DNA from: Spongospora subterranea f. sp. subterranea
Taxonomy: Eukaryota
DNA length: 64,000 nucleotides
NCBI GenBank assembly: GCA_049724395.1
Contig: JAUGWO010000142.1
Coordinates: forward strand, 186,001-250,000
Direction: 5' to 3'
The notes under the pieces: generated by a model
The model's input: only the letters and a program-made list of their open reading frames with translations
Databases searched by the model: none
Told to the model about the DNA's origin: nothing
Made by a program: the position numbers and the translations under genes
Shown here: positions 29,364-42,274 of the stretch, piece by piece
How positions within the stretch are numbered: position 1 is the stretch's first letter
Layout: every line of letters starts with the position of its first letter

Positions 29364-30232
29364 TTATGCTAGATCTTGACCATAAGGCAACCATTGTCGA
29401 CAGGATGGCTTGCGACATCGACACCTTGTTCCTGACTGCTCTGTCACACTGCCATAAGAATACTCCAGACGTTCTCCCGGTGATATATCACTGGCTGCAA
29501 AAAAACCAATATGTCCTGGCGTCATTCGATCAATATAGATTACCTTTGTAATCATATTCGGTTCGCAACTATGATTGAAATATCTGTAATACACGGTAAA
29601 CTTTGATAAAGTGCCAACGAAACATGAGGAGGGCATACCGACTGATGTTGCCATGATATGTGGCATCTATATGCACCTCCCACGTCGTATACTCAACCGC
29701 ATGTAAGTTTTGACATATCAAGTTTTCAACGAAGGCAGTTGGAATTTTTTCAGCAATATTCAGTAAATAGTTCTGCGGCCGATTGAGGCGATGGCGAGAT
29801 TCAGCCTGGTCCCGGGAAAGAATCTCACCGATGTATTCAGAGATGAAGGCCCCAGCTGGTATCGATTCACAAGCTTCAACAGCTTTGCCTTTTTCTCCAT
29901 CGTCGATAATCTGAATTGCATATTTGCTTCCTTGTTGACTGATTCGGTTGACACATTTGTCATTGCAATTACACAAAGCATTGCACTCAAATAGAGGTTG
30001 CTTCTTGAGTAGATCTAAACGACCATCATCGTGGTACGATAACCCTTTTGATTGTATACACGAGCACGAGTCGATATTGTCCAAACAAGAGCCCTGGCAG
30101 GCACATCCGAATAGATGGCCGATATTACGAAGATTGCGATCTCCAGCGGAGGGATATAGCGATGTGGAAATCGTCTGAAATGGTATCATCTCATTTTGTT
30201 GACAAATTGACTCGGTTTTGCCACACTGTCAT
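29364..30232 (-). CDS. Histone-lysine methyltransferase with pre-SET/SET/post-SET only (SETMAR/SUV39 group)
   Basis: GCAC..C..CSC..LFECNALCNC..CVNR, FISEYIGEI, IDATYHGNISR|YFNHSCEPN, ERLEYSYG, CRCRKPSCR. Confidence 0.9.
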
Positions 30233-31073
30233 GACAACCGAACACACAGATCTCAAAGGGCCAGTATTCCCATGAGGACGATAGCGCACACAGACTGCGT
30301 AGAAACCCGTATGTAGCCATAGATTGATCGGATCAGATATCTCGAAAATGCATCTTTGTTAGAACAATATGGTACAATTAACAAAGAAGACTTCAAATAT
30401 ATGTTTTCAACAATCTTGCTATTTTGTACGGTATATTGTATTTTAACTAAGAATTCAGAGCAAAGTCGAGATCTCAAACACTAAACGCAACCAACTCTTT
30501 GTCGATAAACAAACTGGCAAGTAGTTGAATTCATCTACCAATTTGTAAGCAGACGTCGAAACATGGATTCGAAAACATTATAACTCACGACCTTCGTGGA
30601 GAAAACATTTTGTTTGGATAATTACCCCAGTTTGTTGGACGTGGGCGTGGGCCGTCCAACCATGTGCTATGCAGCCTCCACTTGGGTACACTGAGAATAT
30701 TGCGAACCATTTTGGGATTTTCGTCGGAAGTAACAATTGCGTTGCGTGCGGCCTCGTATCGTCTCCGGTTATGGACACAGAGTGACACAGATCTTCCCCT
30801 TCTTTAGTCCTGAGTCCTGACTACACCGGGACCATCACTCCGAATCATCATCATTGATTATTGCGGCGCCGTATCTTTTGGTCCAAAACTGCTCGAGTAG
30901 TTAGGGGGGCCGGGGCCTTTTCAAACTTTTCGCCCACCGCCTTCCTGCAACGAAATTACCCGATAAATTAGTTGCATTGTAGAAAACCGAAGCTAGCTTA
31001 TTCCAACAATGGTTGATTTCGAATGTGACAGGGTTTTAGGGATTGTTATCCCCAGGAGGAGGTCTTTATCGTC

Positions 31074-34000
31074 ATGGACGATGGGGCTAACCCAAGGCCG
31101 ATTTCGCAGCGCATTACGCCACCGCATATTGTAAGAAAATTACTCCATCTTGACCGCATTGGCATTTTTTCCGATCATCTGAATTTTGCTGTGGTTTTTC
31201 AGTTAATTCAGCTTCGGGCAATTCGGCAAACGTTAGTAGATTCTGATATCGTAGTATCGTCGTACAGTGCTTTGCAGCTGGGTAGCTTTCTCTTTCGATT
31301 AGAAGATCTCCAGGCTAATTACCCTGTTAAATTGCCATGGAATTTGCTGAATGATTTTTCGGTGGATGGAGGGGCTCAAATAATTTTATCAACAATGCTG
31401 AGATACGCATCAGTTAGTTACCATGCTCTGGTTTACACTGTGTCTGCTAATGTATGTCAGGAACAAGGCTGGTCGTCGCTTGAGCTGGACCAATCCTCTT
31501 TTGGTAATCTCTTACCAGTATTGTTAGAGGCAATAGCCCCGTTACGGTCGTTTCCTCAAATATATATCTGTCCAAGTATTCCCGCTCCACAATTTGAATC
31601 TTTAACCAACTCCATCATCCGTCTACAAGGAACGTTGGTTGATCTTTCGCGTGCTACACACGTATGCTTCATTGTGATTGCAATGATCAAGGGCTTATTC
31701 TTTGTCTGTCGCAGATTATCGACATGGGTCACCAGGTTTTCGGTGATGATTCCCCAGCTTTTCGTATTGTAGCCAAGACCCCCACGTTTGCGTTAGTGCA
31801 TCAGTCGAAACATACACGCTTCAATAGGCGCTGGGTTCCTATAAAAGAGGTACCGTCTGATACTGTGGACGACAGCGCTATCACGATCCCTTCTCCTGAT
31901 GATCCAGTCAGAGTGGTATGACTAAATTAAACGTCTAGGTTATTGTAGCGGCTAAACCCAACCCAATCTAGTCTCCACAATGGATCACCGATTCATTGCA
32001 ATCCAATGAATGGCTTGATGAACGCGATTTTGTGTTATCTGATGAAGATCCATCAATCATTCGGCTTACTAAAAAAAACGGATCTTTTGCGATTCAGAGT
32101 ATATCGGGTAAGGAATATTCTTGACGAGACGCTTCTGCTTAAAAATGTTTTGTCCATTATAGGCCCAATTGTTAAAGGGTCTCCTGAAGGTAACAACTAC
32201 TTGAACTTCAACCACAGCTTTGTAATTCTGTTACAGGTGTGGGTGCTGCTCCCTCCAAAAAGCGAAGATCCTCTCTCGTAATTGCCGATAAACAACAGAC
32301 TTTGAAAAGAATACGTGCTTCTTCTCCACCAGTAAAATTCCACGTCTGATCCTACAACCGTTTCATGATCGTTACATATGCATTAGGCTTCAGCTGTTGA
32401 TGGGAGCGAGAGACATCCATTGGATGATGAATCCATCTCACATTATCCTGTCAAGAAGTTTTTTCAACAAAAACCCACCTCGGTAATGTGCTCCAGGGTT
32501 TAACTGTGATTACAATGAACGTATTGGTTCTGTTTCTAGATTGATGACGAGTTTCCGTACCATGGATCGTTAATGGTCCCTGTCGTCGCCAAGGATGAAC
32601 CGAAACCCTCGTTCCCGACTATCATTCCATGCTATTCAACATGGTTTTCATTTAATTCAATCCATGCCAATGAAAAAAAGTCTTTGCATGAATTATTTTC
32701 TTCTGGTGAAAATATTGAGCCGCTGTACATGGTTTGTAGCGCTTAACCTTCCTTGATTCACGTTACCTAATAAGGCTTCAGCAACAACGAAACTTTATCG
32801 TGAATGCCTACAGGGCGAACCCTCGCGTTCATCTTTCTGCTACTGCTTGCCGGAAAATGATTGCTGTAAGATTCGTAAACTTTCCAAATATGTCTGAGAT
32901 CAAACTATCCTCGCTTGGGTTTTTAGGGTGACGTCGTCTCATTGATTAGAATCCATAATTTTCTAGAGCAATGGGGAATTATTAACTACCATGTTGATCC
33001 TGGTTCTCTACCGCAATATAGTGTTGGTTCTAGTTGATATTTTTCATTTTCGTTATTTTCAAATAATATATATCTAGGGTCCTGGTAATGCAGCTTTCAA
33101 TGTTCCTGATGTATATGTCCATTCACCATATTCAGGTGTTAAAAAGTTATCTGGTAATTTCAACCAATATGTAAATATCTTATTGTCTTGCTGATTACCC
33201 ACAGGTAACAATAATTCGATCCCAGAACCAACTTGGGACCAGTCTGAGCTGGTTGCCTTACTTAATGCAGTTTCCGAATTCGGTGAAGACTGGAGGTCTG
33301 TAGCTGAGGTGATTTCCGCGATATTTTGTTATTCTTATCGAATGTTGAGATCGTGCTAGGCCGTTGGAAATAGTAAAACTGCAGAACAGTGTGTTCAACA
33401 GTTTCTACGTATTCCACTTGAAGTGTGTTCTAGCCCTTCGGCCCAGTCTGGCAGTTTTCCCAACATAATGTTGGCTGAAAGAGATGCGGATTTAATGTTG
33501 CCTTTCAAAGACAGCGCCCACAGCCTATTAAATGGTGTGACGCTTTTGGCTGCTTTAACTCCTCCTGAATCCGTTCTTGGTACTTACAGTTCTCATCGCA
33601 TATTTGTCTTGTACTGACATTCATTGGAAGGAGCTGCTGCTCCCCAGGGCGCTGAGCCTTCTACAGATGGAATGCAGATCGATAATGGTGATAGCGCGGA
33701 CATCACAGTAGGTATGATAGTTAGGATTCCTCATTTTGGAACTGGGATCGTGCTGCCGCCAGCCAGGTACATCATGTTTTCGTCAACCCCGTTGTTGTAC
33801 TTGACATTTCGTTAAGATCCGACGGAATCGTGAGCATAAAGCTTCCATTTGGCGTAGTTCATTCTCCTGTTGACGAGGTAGTTCCTGTGGTAAGATTCTG
33901 TCATTTTTTCATATATCATATCAAAATTTACGTTGTCTCCCAGATTGATGAATTACCACTACCTGATACGACGTCGCCTAGAGTTTTGCAAGCTATTTCT

Positions 34001-34350
34001 CAATCGTGTATGATGTCAGCAGCAATTCGAGCGAAAGAGGTGTCTAACGCAGAAGCTAAGAACATTCTCTCATTGATTGGAGAGTTGGTAGAAACCCAAA
34101 TGAAAAAAGTAGAGATTAAATTAAAGCAGTTTGATGAGGTTCAAATTGTGTTATCAAGGTAAGATCTATCCTCGTAATGTTTATCTTCAAGTGTTAATCC
34201 AGTTCACTACGACTCAGGCAGCGAGAACTCATTGAACAAGCTCGGCAAGAAGTGTTCGCCGAGCGCATCGAATTAGCCCATGCCAGAATGAAGCTAGCGC
34301 ATTCAGTGTCAATACCGTCTGAATCAGCAATGTCCCCTACAAACACATAA
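31074..34350 (+). CDS. SWI/SNF core subunit SWI3/SMARCC-like, multi-exon
   Basis: SWIRM ([42 protein letters not shown]), SANT ([33 protein letters not shown]), C-terminal [16 protein letters not shown]. Confidence 0.92.
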
Positions 34351-35394
34351 TCGATAAATAATCCATTCTAGTTAAATGTTTTCCCGCCTTTCCCCAAAGA
34401 ACATTCTTGATCCACTGGTTTGGAAGAGCTTTCATAATGTTGGTCATACAATGTTGTAGTGTCACGATGCGCAGCGATTTTTGTTAGATTGTCCAAGTTT
34501 GTGCTGACTTACCGACAGATTTTGGCACGTCCAGCAGCGATTCGATGTTTTTGTTTGGGGATTGTTTTTGCATGTAATTTGCGTCTGTAGCCAGTTCTTT
34601 GTCGTGCTTGAAAAAAAGAAAATACAAACGCTTTTTGTCGAACATGATTCGGAACCTCGCATGCGTCGTCAAGTAAAATCTATACCATAAAAAGCAGGGC
34701 TAGCTATTACTAGGGTTTCAAAATGTATTGAGCGCGATCTTCGCGAGTTCTTTGACGCCCTGTTGAACGGCCATTTTTTGACGAACTGGATTGGAATCGG
34801 ATCGACCATCATTGGCAGAGTTTCAGTCAGATGCCCTAGTCTGACTCGACCTTGTTTTTTTTCTTCGGGGGATAGTCTAATCACGGTGTGGATCGCATTT
34901 CTAACTTCCCATTTGTGGTAAAGGATCTGCAGTACAGGCTGATACTCACAAAATCAAGTCAAACACTCTCGAGATTATGGTGATATGTAGCAGGGTACGG
35001 GGGAAGCTTCGTAATCGATACTAGATCTTCTTATCGATCCTTAAGCGCCACGAACAGTGACCCAGACAATCATTTGTCCTCCGCTCTTGAAAGGGGAATG
35101 ATAATCACGAACCCGTTGGAAATTCCTCAAACCTAGATGTTTAATTGACAGGTTTTCTTTACAAGAAGCGACGCTCAGCAATATCGATGTTTTCAGCGCA
35201 GCGGTCAGGTCTTTACTCCCAGGATAAACAACAATCGCATATCTGGCAAGATAAAATTACGGGGATTGCCCCTTGTTCCCGTCCACTTTGGTAGATTTAG
35301 TTGCTGATACCTGCCTGGCCACTATGGTAATGGCTACTGTAGAATCGTACTCGGCCATGTTTTTCCCTTAAGAGAATCATCACGTGGACTTCTA

Positions 35395-36045
35395 ATAACG
35401 CTTATGGCCAAGTCACAATCCTATGTGACATCAGACATGACTGTTGTGATGGGTGGAAACAAGGTCCAACTCGCAAACTAATTTGTCTCACTCATTACGT
35501 AAAGGGGCCGAATCGCATTATCGGTCAAATCTAGGGTTGGTGACCAAGTCGTATTCCATATGACCATAGCATTTACTAGGAATGGCCAAATCGCATCATA
35601 ATCATGACTGTTGCGATTGGTGAAACGAATACGGCCAAGTCGCAATTTAATTGGGCATACCCGTTACAAAGAACGGCAACCTTGGCCATGCCTGGTAACG
35701 AGTATGGTCGCCACGTCACAAACCATTTGGTCATAACCATCACTAGGAAGTGTCAGCGACTGATTCAAATCGCTTCAGCGGATCGAATCAACGTCTGAGG
35801 GTAGTAACGAATATGGCCAAGTCACAGGGTGGTAACGAATGTGGCCATGCCACAGGGGGTAACGAATATAACCATGCCAGGTAACGATATATAGCCATGC
35901 CACAGGGTGGTAACGAATGTGGCTGGCCAAATCGCACCCCATAGGTCATGACTGTTGTAATCGGGTGGTTACGAGCTCTGCCAAGTCGAAATCCACGTCT
36001 AGTGGCCAGCCCCATGTGGTAACGAGTAATGCCAAGTTGGGACAT
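35395..36045. repeat. Degenerate minisatellite (core GGTAACGAATRTGGCCAWGYCACAG, ~23-28 bp), densest at 35802-35935
   Basis: About five adjacent units plus dispersed copies; three CATGACTGTTG blocks. Confidence 0.75.
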
Positions 36046-36615
36046 GCCCATCGACAGCGATCCCAGTGGGGTACGACCAGGCATGAAGATCTCCCGGTAA
36101 ACCAATGGTAGCTTCATGTTGGCGGTTACAAAATAATCATTACCTTTCTTGGCAACACTCGTGAACCATGACCATTCGTATCCAATGGGTTGCCCCTCTT
36201 TTTTAATTCTGATGCAAAGATATCGGTTTGTGTGGGTTGTTGCAATGGTCAGCCATGGAAATCGAACAATGTCTGAGTCATATTTTTAAAGCGATATCAA
36301 ACCCATCTTGATCTGAAGAAGGTGCGGGAGATAAAATATATATATATAAACGTCTTGTTCCTCGATTCTAAGGGACATGTGCAGTTTGTGTTTCGAATGA
36401 TGATGATAAACCCTACAATAATTTGAGTTGCGGATGCCAACCTTGGGCAATACAATCTTATGTGAGTGAGTCAACTCAGCCCATTCAATAAAACCGTTTT
36501 TCCTGAATTATTTTTATAATCTGATAGAAATTGGAGTAAGTATTTAATAATAATTAATCGCTCGCTGGCATCATCAGCCGCTTAATATTTACGACCTCTG
36601 TCAAACCTGAACCCG

Positions 36616-38171
36616 ATGGAGAAATCACCCTCGGTTCGATTCCTATCCATGATGGCTGTGGCGGCGGTTCTGTTCGTCAACGTCGCCATAGGGGCACGCC
36701 AAGAGATCAACAGCCTCTCAGCCGACGATCTGCAGTTGTTCCGGGACAACATGGCCAGAATACAGCAATCGGGGGAATTCATGGAGATTGCGATGGATCA
36801 TGGGATTCCCAACGCGTATTGCCCTCACGGTTCCAACAAGTTCCTGATCTGGTATTGGAAACTCGGCTACGTTGGGGGGATTCGGTTGGGTCTGACGATG
36901 GTCGAACAGGCATAGGCGATTCCTGCAAAGAATGGAGGTCGCGTTGAACTTTTCCTTACCGTACTGGGATTGGACCAAAGGCAACGGGATTCCCAAGGCG
37001 TTATCGGCCCGAACATATGTCAACGCTGCTGGACAAAAAACCAAGAACCCGTTGTATTCGGGGCAAAAATACGGTACGAGATTGGCAATGTCACCAGACG
37101 AAATGGATTAGTGGAACTGGATTAGGTGGTGGATCAACGGTTCGGCAACCAATCAGGGATTTCGGCCCGGGACAGCTATCTAATCAAGGTGCGTCTCGGG
37201 TGTGATAATGGGCCAGTTTCTGATTCGGTGCTGATATATGTGATGGTTTTACAGTGAACATGGCCATGTCCAAGACCGACTTCATCGAGTTCTCGAGCAT
37301 CGTCGAGGGCGCTCATAACGATATCCATGGTGACATCGGTGGGGATATGAACACGCTCGATTTCTCATCGTATGATCCAGTATTCTGTGAGGATTTCAGA
37401 GGACCTTTCATTGACGTCTGCTAATTTTGGTGGGCGGTCGCTGATGGTTTAGGGCTCCACCATATGAACTGCGATCGAATCTGGTATCGATGGCAACGGC
37501 GGAACAAGTTCGCCATTTACCCGGACGACGCGCGCGACGTGATGGCGGATTCCCTTGGGGAGTTCATGGGGGAAGCAATGATTGCCGACCTGTCGGGATG
37601 GACGTCGTCGTCGAATCCGCCTCTGGCCGATGGACAGCCGATCATGAACAAGAATGGCGAGCTGAGTACGAAGGAGACGCCGCCCGGCCAGAAACAGTTC
37701 ACGGTTCTGGAAGACGATCACAAATCCGGGAACTTTTCCCATGGCCGCGTGAACACGTCGCTAACTTGGCCATTGGGCCATATGCACTCGATCCGCGCCC
37801 CGCTCCAAATCGAGGAGAACATCCCTGACGACAATAGCACGTGGACCGAATCGGACAGCCCATCCTATCGGGTCAGACCGCGAGTCGTCATGGCGCTATT
37901 GGACATGGCCTCCAGTCGGGAAGCCCTGCGGGTCGAGATCCTGCTGAAAGGCGTGATGATCGCCTGGGTCAACGTATTCGGTATGGGAAAAAGCGGGATG
38001 AACTACACGATCGATAGACCGGTCGATATCACCCAACCATATCACGATGTGCTCAAGGAATGCGAGTTGGGTCAGGTCAGGGATCATATCGTGTTCAACA
38101 CGATCAACCTGACGACGGGGGCGATCACCAATACCGAGTATGACATTGGAATGGCACCGATGATGTTCTGA
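36616..38171 (+). CDS. Secreted tyrosinase (type-3 copper protein)
   Basis: Signal peptide; RQEINSLS, CuA H..CPHG..FLIW|HR..LPYWDW; CuB EGAHNDIHGDIGGDM..SSYDPVF|WLHHMNCDRIW. Confidence 0.92.
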
Positions 38172-38371
38172 ACAAACACCACAATCCAGACAATTGCGAA
38201 ACTGTAATAACTAAAGATTATTGGAATTTCTTGGCGAAAACAAAACTTCCCGAGATTGATAACAAATCATTTATTCTCCTATATATTATACCAGGAGGAG
38301 TGATTTATTCCTTGAATATTATTATTATTATTATTATAGTTATATTTTAAAGGTGACGACGACGGTGATAA

Positions 38372-40552
38372 TCAAGCGCCCATAACGGGCTCAGGTTGAT
38401 ACTGATCGATTAGATGTGCTAGGTCGGGACACGGCCACGACCTAGCCATAGACGATGTCGCCGCCACAACCTGATCGGCTTTCGGTCGTAATGCAGGATC
38501 GGGCGACAGCATCGACATGATCAGCGACGATAGGGCCTGATTTGCCAACCACAATCAGCCATCAACCCAAGACACAAAACACAATATTCCAAACCGGGTC
38601 GCAAAACTCAAGATATCTCGATGCGCTAGTTCCATCACGAAGCGAATGCCATGCTGGGCCAGTACTCGGCAGTTCCAGCTGTGCATGAAGCTCTAGAGCT
38701 AGTATTCCCAGCGAAAATAAATCAGCAGCGGCCGCCATCTGAAGTCACTGTTTAGGGCTACCCCTGAAGATGGCGAAACAATTGTACAAACGCCGACCGT
38801 TTCCTCCCGTAGAGAATAGCCTCCTCTGAACAACTCTGGGGCAACATATCGGCTGTCGCCTTCATGTACATCCAGATCACTATCCTTCTCTAGTGGAAAT
38901 CTTATGCACTAATACAGCCAATCAGATAGCAATGACGCAACGACAGCAAACACGAACCTGTCCAAAATCGGCAATCTTTAACAACCCGTAACTTGCAATC
39001 AGGATGTTATCGGGTTTTATACTGAACATGAACAAGTTGAGCATATTACGATGAGCAGATGACAGTTGCGACTATTACTCGAGGTGGACAACGCCATGAC
39101 TGTGAATATGGGATAAACCTTGCGCTATTTGCCACATGCAGTTTATGATAAAACCTGTGATGATAATACAGTTAGTTGGGGGTTTTGAATGAAATTGCCG
39201 ATTGGCGAAACTTACCGGTATTTAATACCGAACTGCCGTCATCGGACATATCAAAGAGAAAATCCGATAAACTCGACTTGCATAACTCCATTTGTATAAA
39301 TAGATGACCTGCGACTGTTAAAGAGTGATGTCAAAACCGCAGGATAATACAACTAACCTTGCTCTTGCCATGCCCTATGGTATTCAATGACGTGCTCGTT
39401 CAAAGGAATCCGCCTTAAAGCATGGACCTCTCTTAGATAAGATTCCCTGTATCCAAATATGAATTCACAGATCATTCCCTAATCGAAAAAGAGCTAAACA
39501 CCTGTCCTTTAGCCCTCTAAACGGCTTTTTGCTACGTTTCAAAGCATATGGACGATGGTCAACTCGGCTAATCGCCCTACACACCTGGAGAAGCAGCAAC
39601 GTTCAGGACCAACACGGAAGTTGCAGTTGAGTCAAACGTCGAACAGTAATTTTAGGCGCATTAGCGAAAAAAAAATACTCCTATGAAAACTCCTATTCAC
39701 CTGATAGAAATGGCCGTCCCCGACTATTCGAAGATCGTAAAAATCCTTCATGAATAAATGCTTATGAAGATCCTGCATGGGCATAAATTCGTGATTAAAT
39801 CGATATTTGGCTACGTTTCGGCATGGGGAGCGGGCAACATACATGACCATAGTTCGACGTAGCGTCTAGTTGCATCTCCTCGTACAAGGAATTCAGGGCT
39901 GTGGACGACCAAAGTGCTGCACGATGACGAGGAACAGGCGTCACTGTGTGAACCGAGCGCTGCCTGGTTGCAGGAGAAACACACGTTGGACTCGGTACTG
40001 GTGAATGTGCTACGATCCTGGCACTAACCTGGCTAATCGAGGAGTCTTCTTCTGCACCTTATCCTCATCAAACATTGTCAGGTCCGGAGTCATTGATTTG
40101 GCGATAATCTTCGTTTGAGAACAGGGCGTTTCGGGCGACAACAAATTCGAGGATCGACGGATCCTTTGATGTTCAAGAGAAAGCCGCGGCCGTGCACGTA
40201 TATGATCATCAGATTCCTTAGGAGTATTCTGGTCGACCGGAGTAATAAATTCTACAAGGTGTTGAGTTGAAACCCGGTGACGTTCGATGAACACGAATCC
40301 TGTACCGATATCATCAAGGTGAGGTAAAGGAATGGAATTCGGACGAGACCACGACGGTTGCTGGTCATCATCCTGAAAATTCAGACGCTGTGCACATCTA
40401 TTGGCGTGCGCTAACGATGTTGGTACAATGATTGGGGATGATAACGCAACACGCTTGCTGCCCGAGCCCATCAAGGAGAGTACCGGGGGCGGGCTCTCGG
40501 CCCATGGATGAAACCGCATAGCCGACAGGTTGGCGGCCTTGTCCATGACCAT
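38372..40552 (-). CDS. Wee1/Myt1-family protein kinase, multi-exon
   Basis: VGDGHFYQ, YALKRSKKPFRG, HVIEYHRAWQE, IQMELC, VHLDIKPDNIL, KIADFG, EGDSRYVAPE, ADLFSLG; start codon uncertain. Confidence 0.88.
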
Positions 40553-42274
40553 AAGAGGTGGCGGGCAATTGCCAATTGCAGACCGGCAGGGGATGTGGAC
40601 TGGAACCTGGGCCCACTGCCACAGATGAGCACGGGACGGGACTGGCCACGAGGGACGCGATGCGTCTGTGACGGGGTATGGTCGGGGGGAATGTGGGCCG
40701 GGGCCTGATGGAGTTGGGCGGGCAACGTGTTGATGGCGGGGCGCAGGCAGGACAGGCACCGGCTGAGCTGTGTGAGATGATTGTGTCGAGATGGGAAGGG
40801 GGGGGAGGGCGTGCCTCCTCTACTAAATGCACAATCGTGCACTTAATGCGCGCATTTTCAAACATAGTGCGCGCATTAATCACGGTCACTCGCATTTTCC
40901 GATTGGGGTCAGGTACACACCGGTGGACTCGTGTACACTGTCAGTGTGACCGTTTCTGTCGTTGAATTTCAAGTGATGAATGATATCTGCCAAGGATTTG
41001 TGAGAAGGGATGGCGATTTTGGCCTTGGCGGGTTATCGCAACGATATTTCATATAAATTATATACCTTATTTTTCAAAAAAACCGATGTAAATTATTTCG
41101 ACGCAGATGACCTTTCTTTTGTCGAGCAGGCCAATCAGGGCGACGATGCTAGGAGTAGATCATGTTGGGATCTGGTTCATATCCCCGTCCTTGGATTTGG
41201 GAGCCACGGTTTTGCTGTTGCCATATTCGCCATTGGCAATTTGAACAAGGGATCCCGGACCTTAGGTGCGCATAATGAAATTACGGTGCGCACCAGCCAA
41301 GAGCAATGCTGTGAAGCATACCTCTGACCCAAAAACCAGACATGCGGCGACCATGGTACAGTATCCTACTGCCGCCACATAAATTAACAATATCTGTAGT
41401 CTTACAATAATAATTGCTATGTTCTAGAGATTACAATGCCCACATGTTATTTCTAACTCCTAATCTAACTTAACCATCAATGCAAGTGCTGGATATGTCG
41501 GATTAAGGCAACGGTTGCGATTGCTTGGTCTGTTGTATTTAATTCGTTTGGTTTTGCTCACCGTAAGAACGTTCCCTACCGTTCCTGACGAACTATGACC
41601 ATATGGCTCGTGTCGTTATGATGCTTGTTGTGCGTCGATAGGAGTTGACCCGTTCTTCCTTTATCAACATCTTCCAGCCTCTTTGATCTACAGTTAGATC
41701 ATTCGAATGCAATCTCTCTCTCTCTCTTTCAGCTCACTTTCCCAATCCATTTCTTAGTGTGTACTGTACTCGATTTTCGTCGGTGGGGGAAACGTTATAT
41801 TTGTCTTGTTTGCTTTTGCGACAGGAAGATATTTATATACAGGATAGGCAACGTGGTCATGCGTGCTCAGTTGGTCATCATGTGCACTGTACAGTGAAAA
41901 TTGCCACAGTCACGTGAGTACAAATAAGACGGCTACCCGGTAGTGTGGCAGTGGGAGAGGGAGGAGCCTACTGTGTACTGGTGAATTCCTGCCACCTGTG
42001 CGTTCTGAAAGGGGAACCCGCCAAGTCTATTTGTAACAGGAGGAGCCGTGTTTCAGGACCAAAAAAGGGCATGCCGAGTGCCTGTTTGGGCGACAAATGA
42101 GTGATCCAGTGACTGGACCCAGGGAGGCCCACAACACCGTTTCCAAATTAGGGGTACGGGGTGCCTCATGTCCCGCTGATCTCGGAGATCTCCACTCGTC
42201 CACAGGCCGACAGAGTCAAAAGGCCAGTTCCTATATACGGTGTCATTGGACTGTCACTTCACCTCAAATCACCA

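Noticed and set aside
34370..35358. Possible spliced hypothetical gene on the minus strand
   Set aside because: Could not build a consistent frame or recognise a domain
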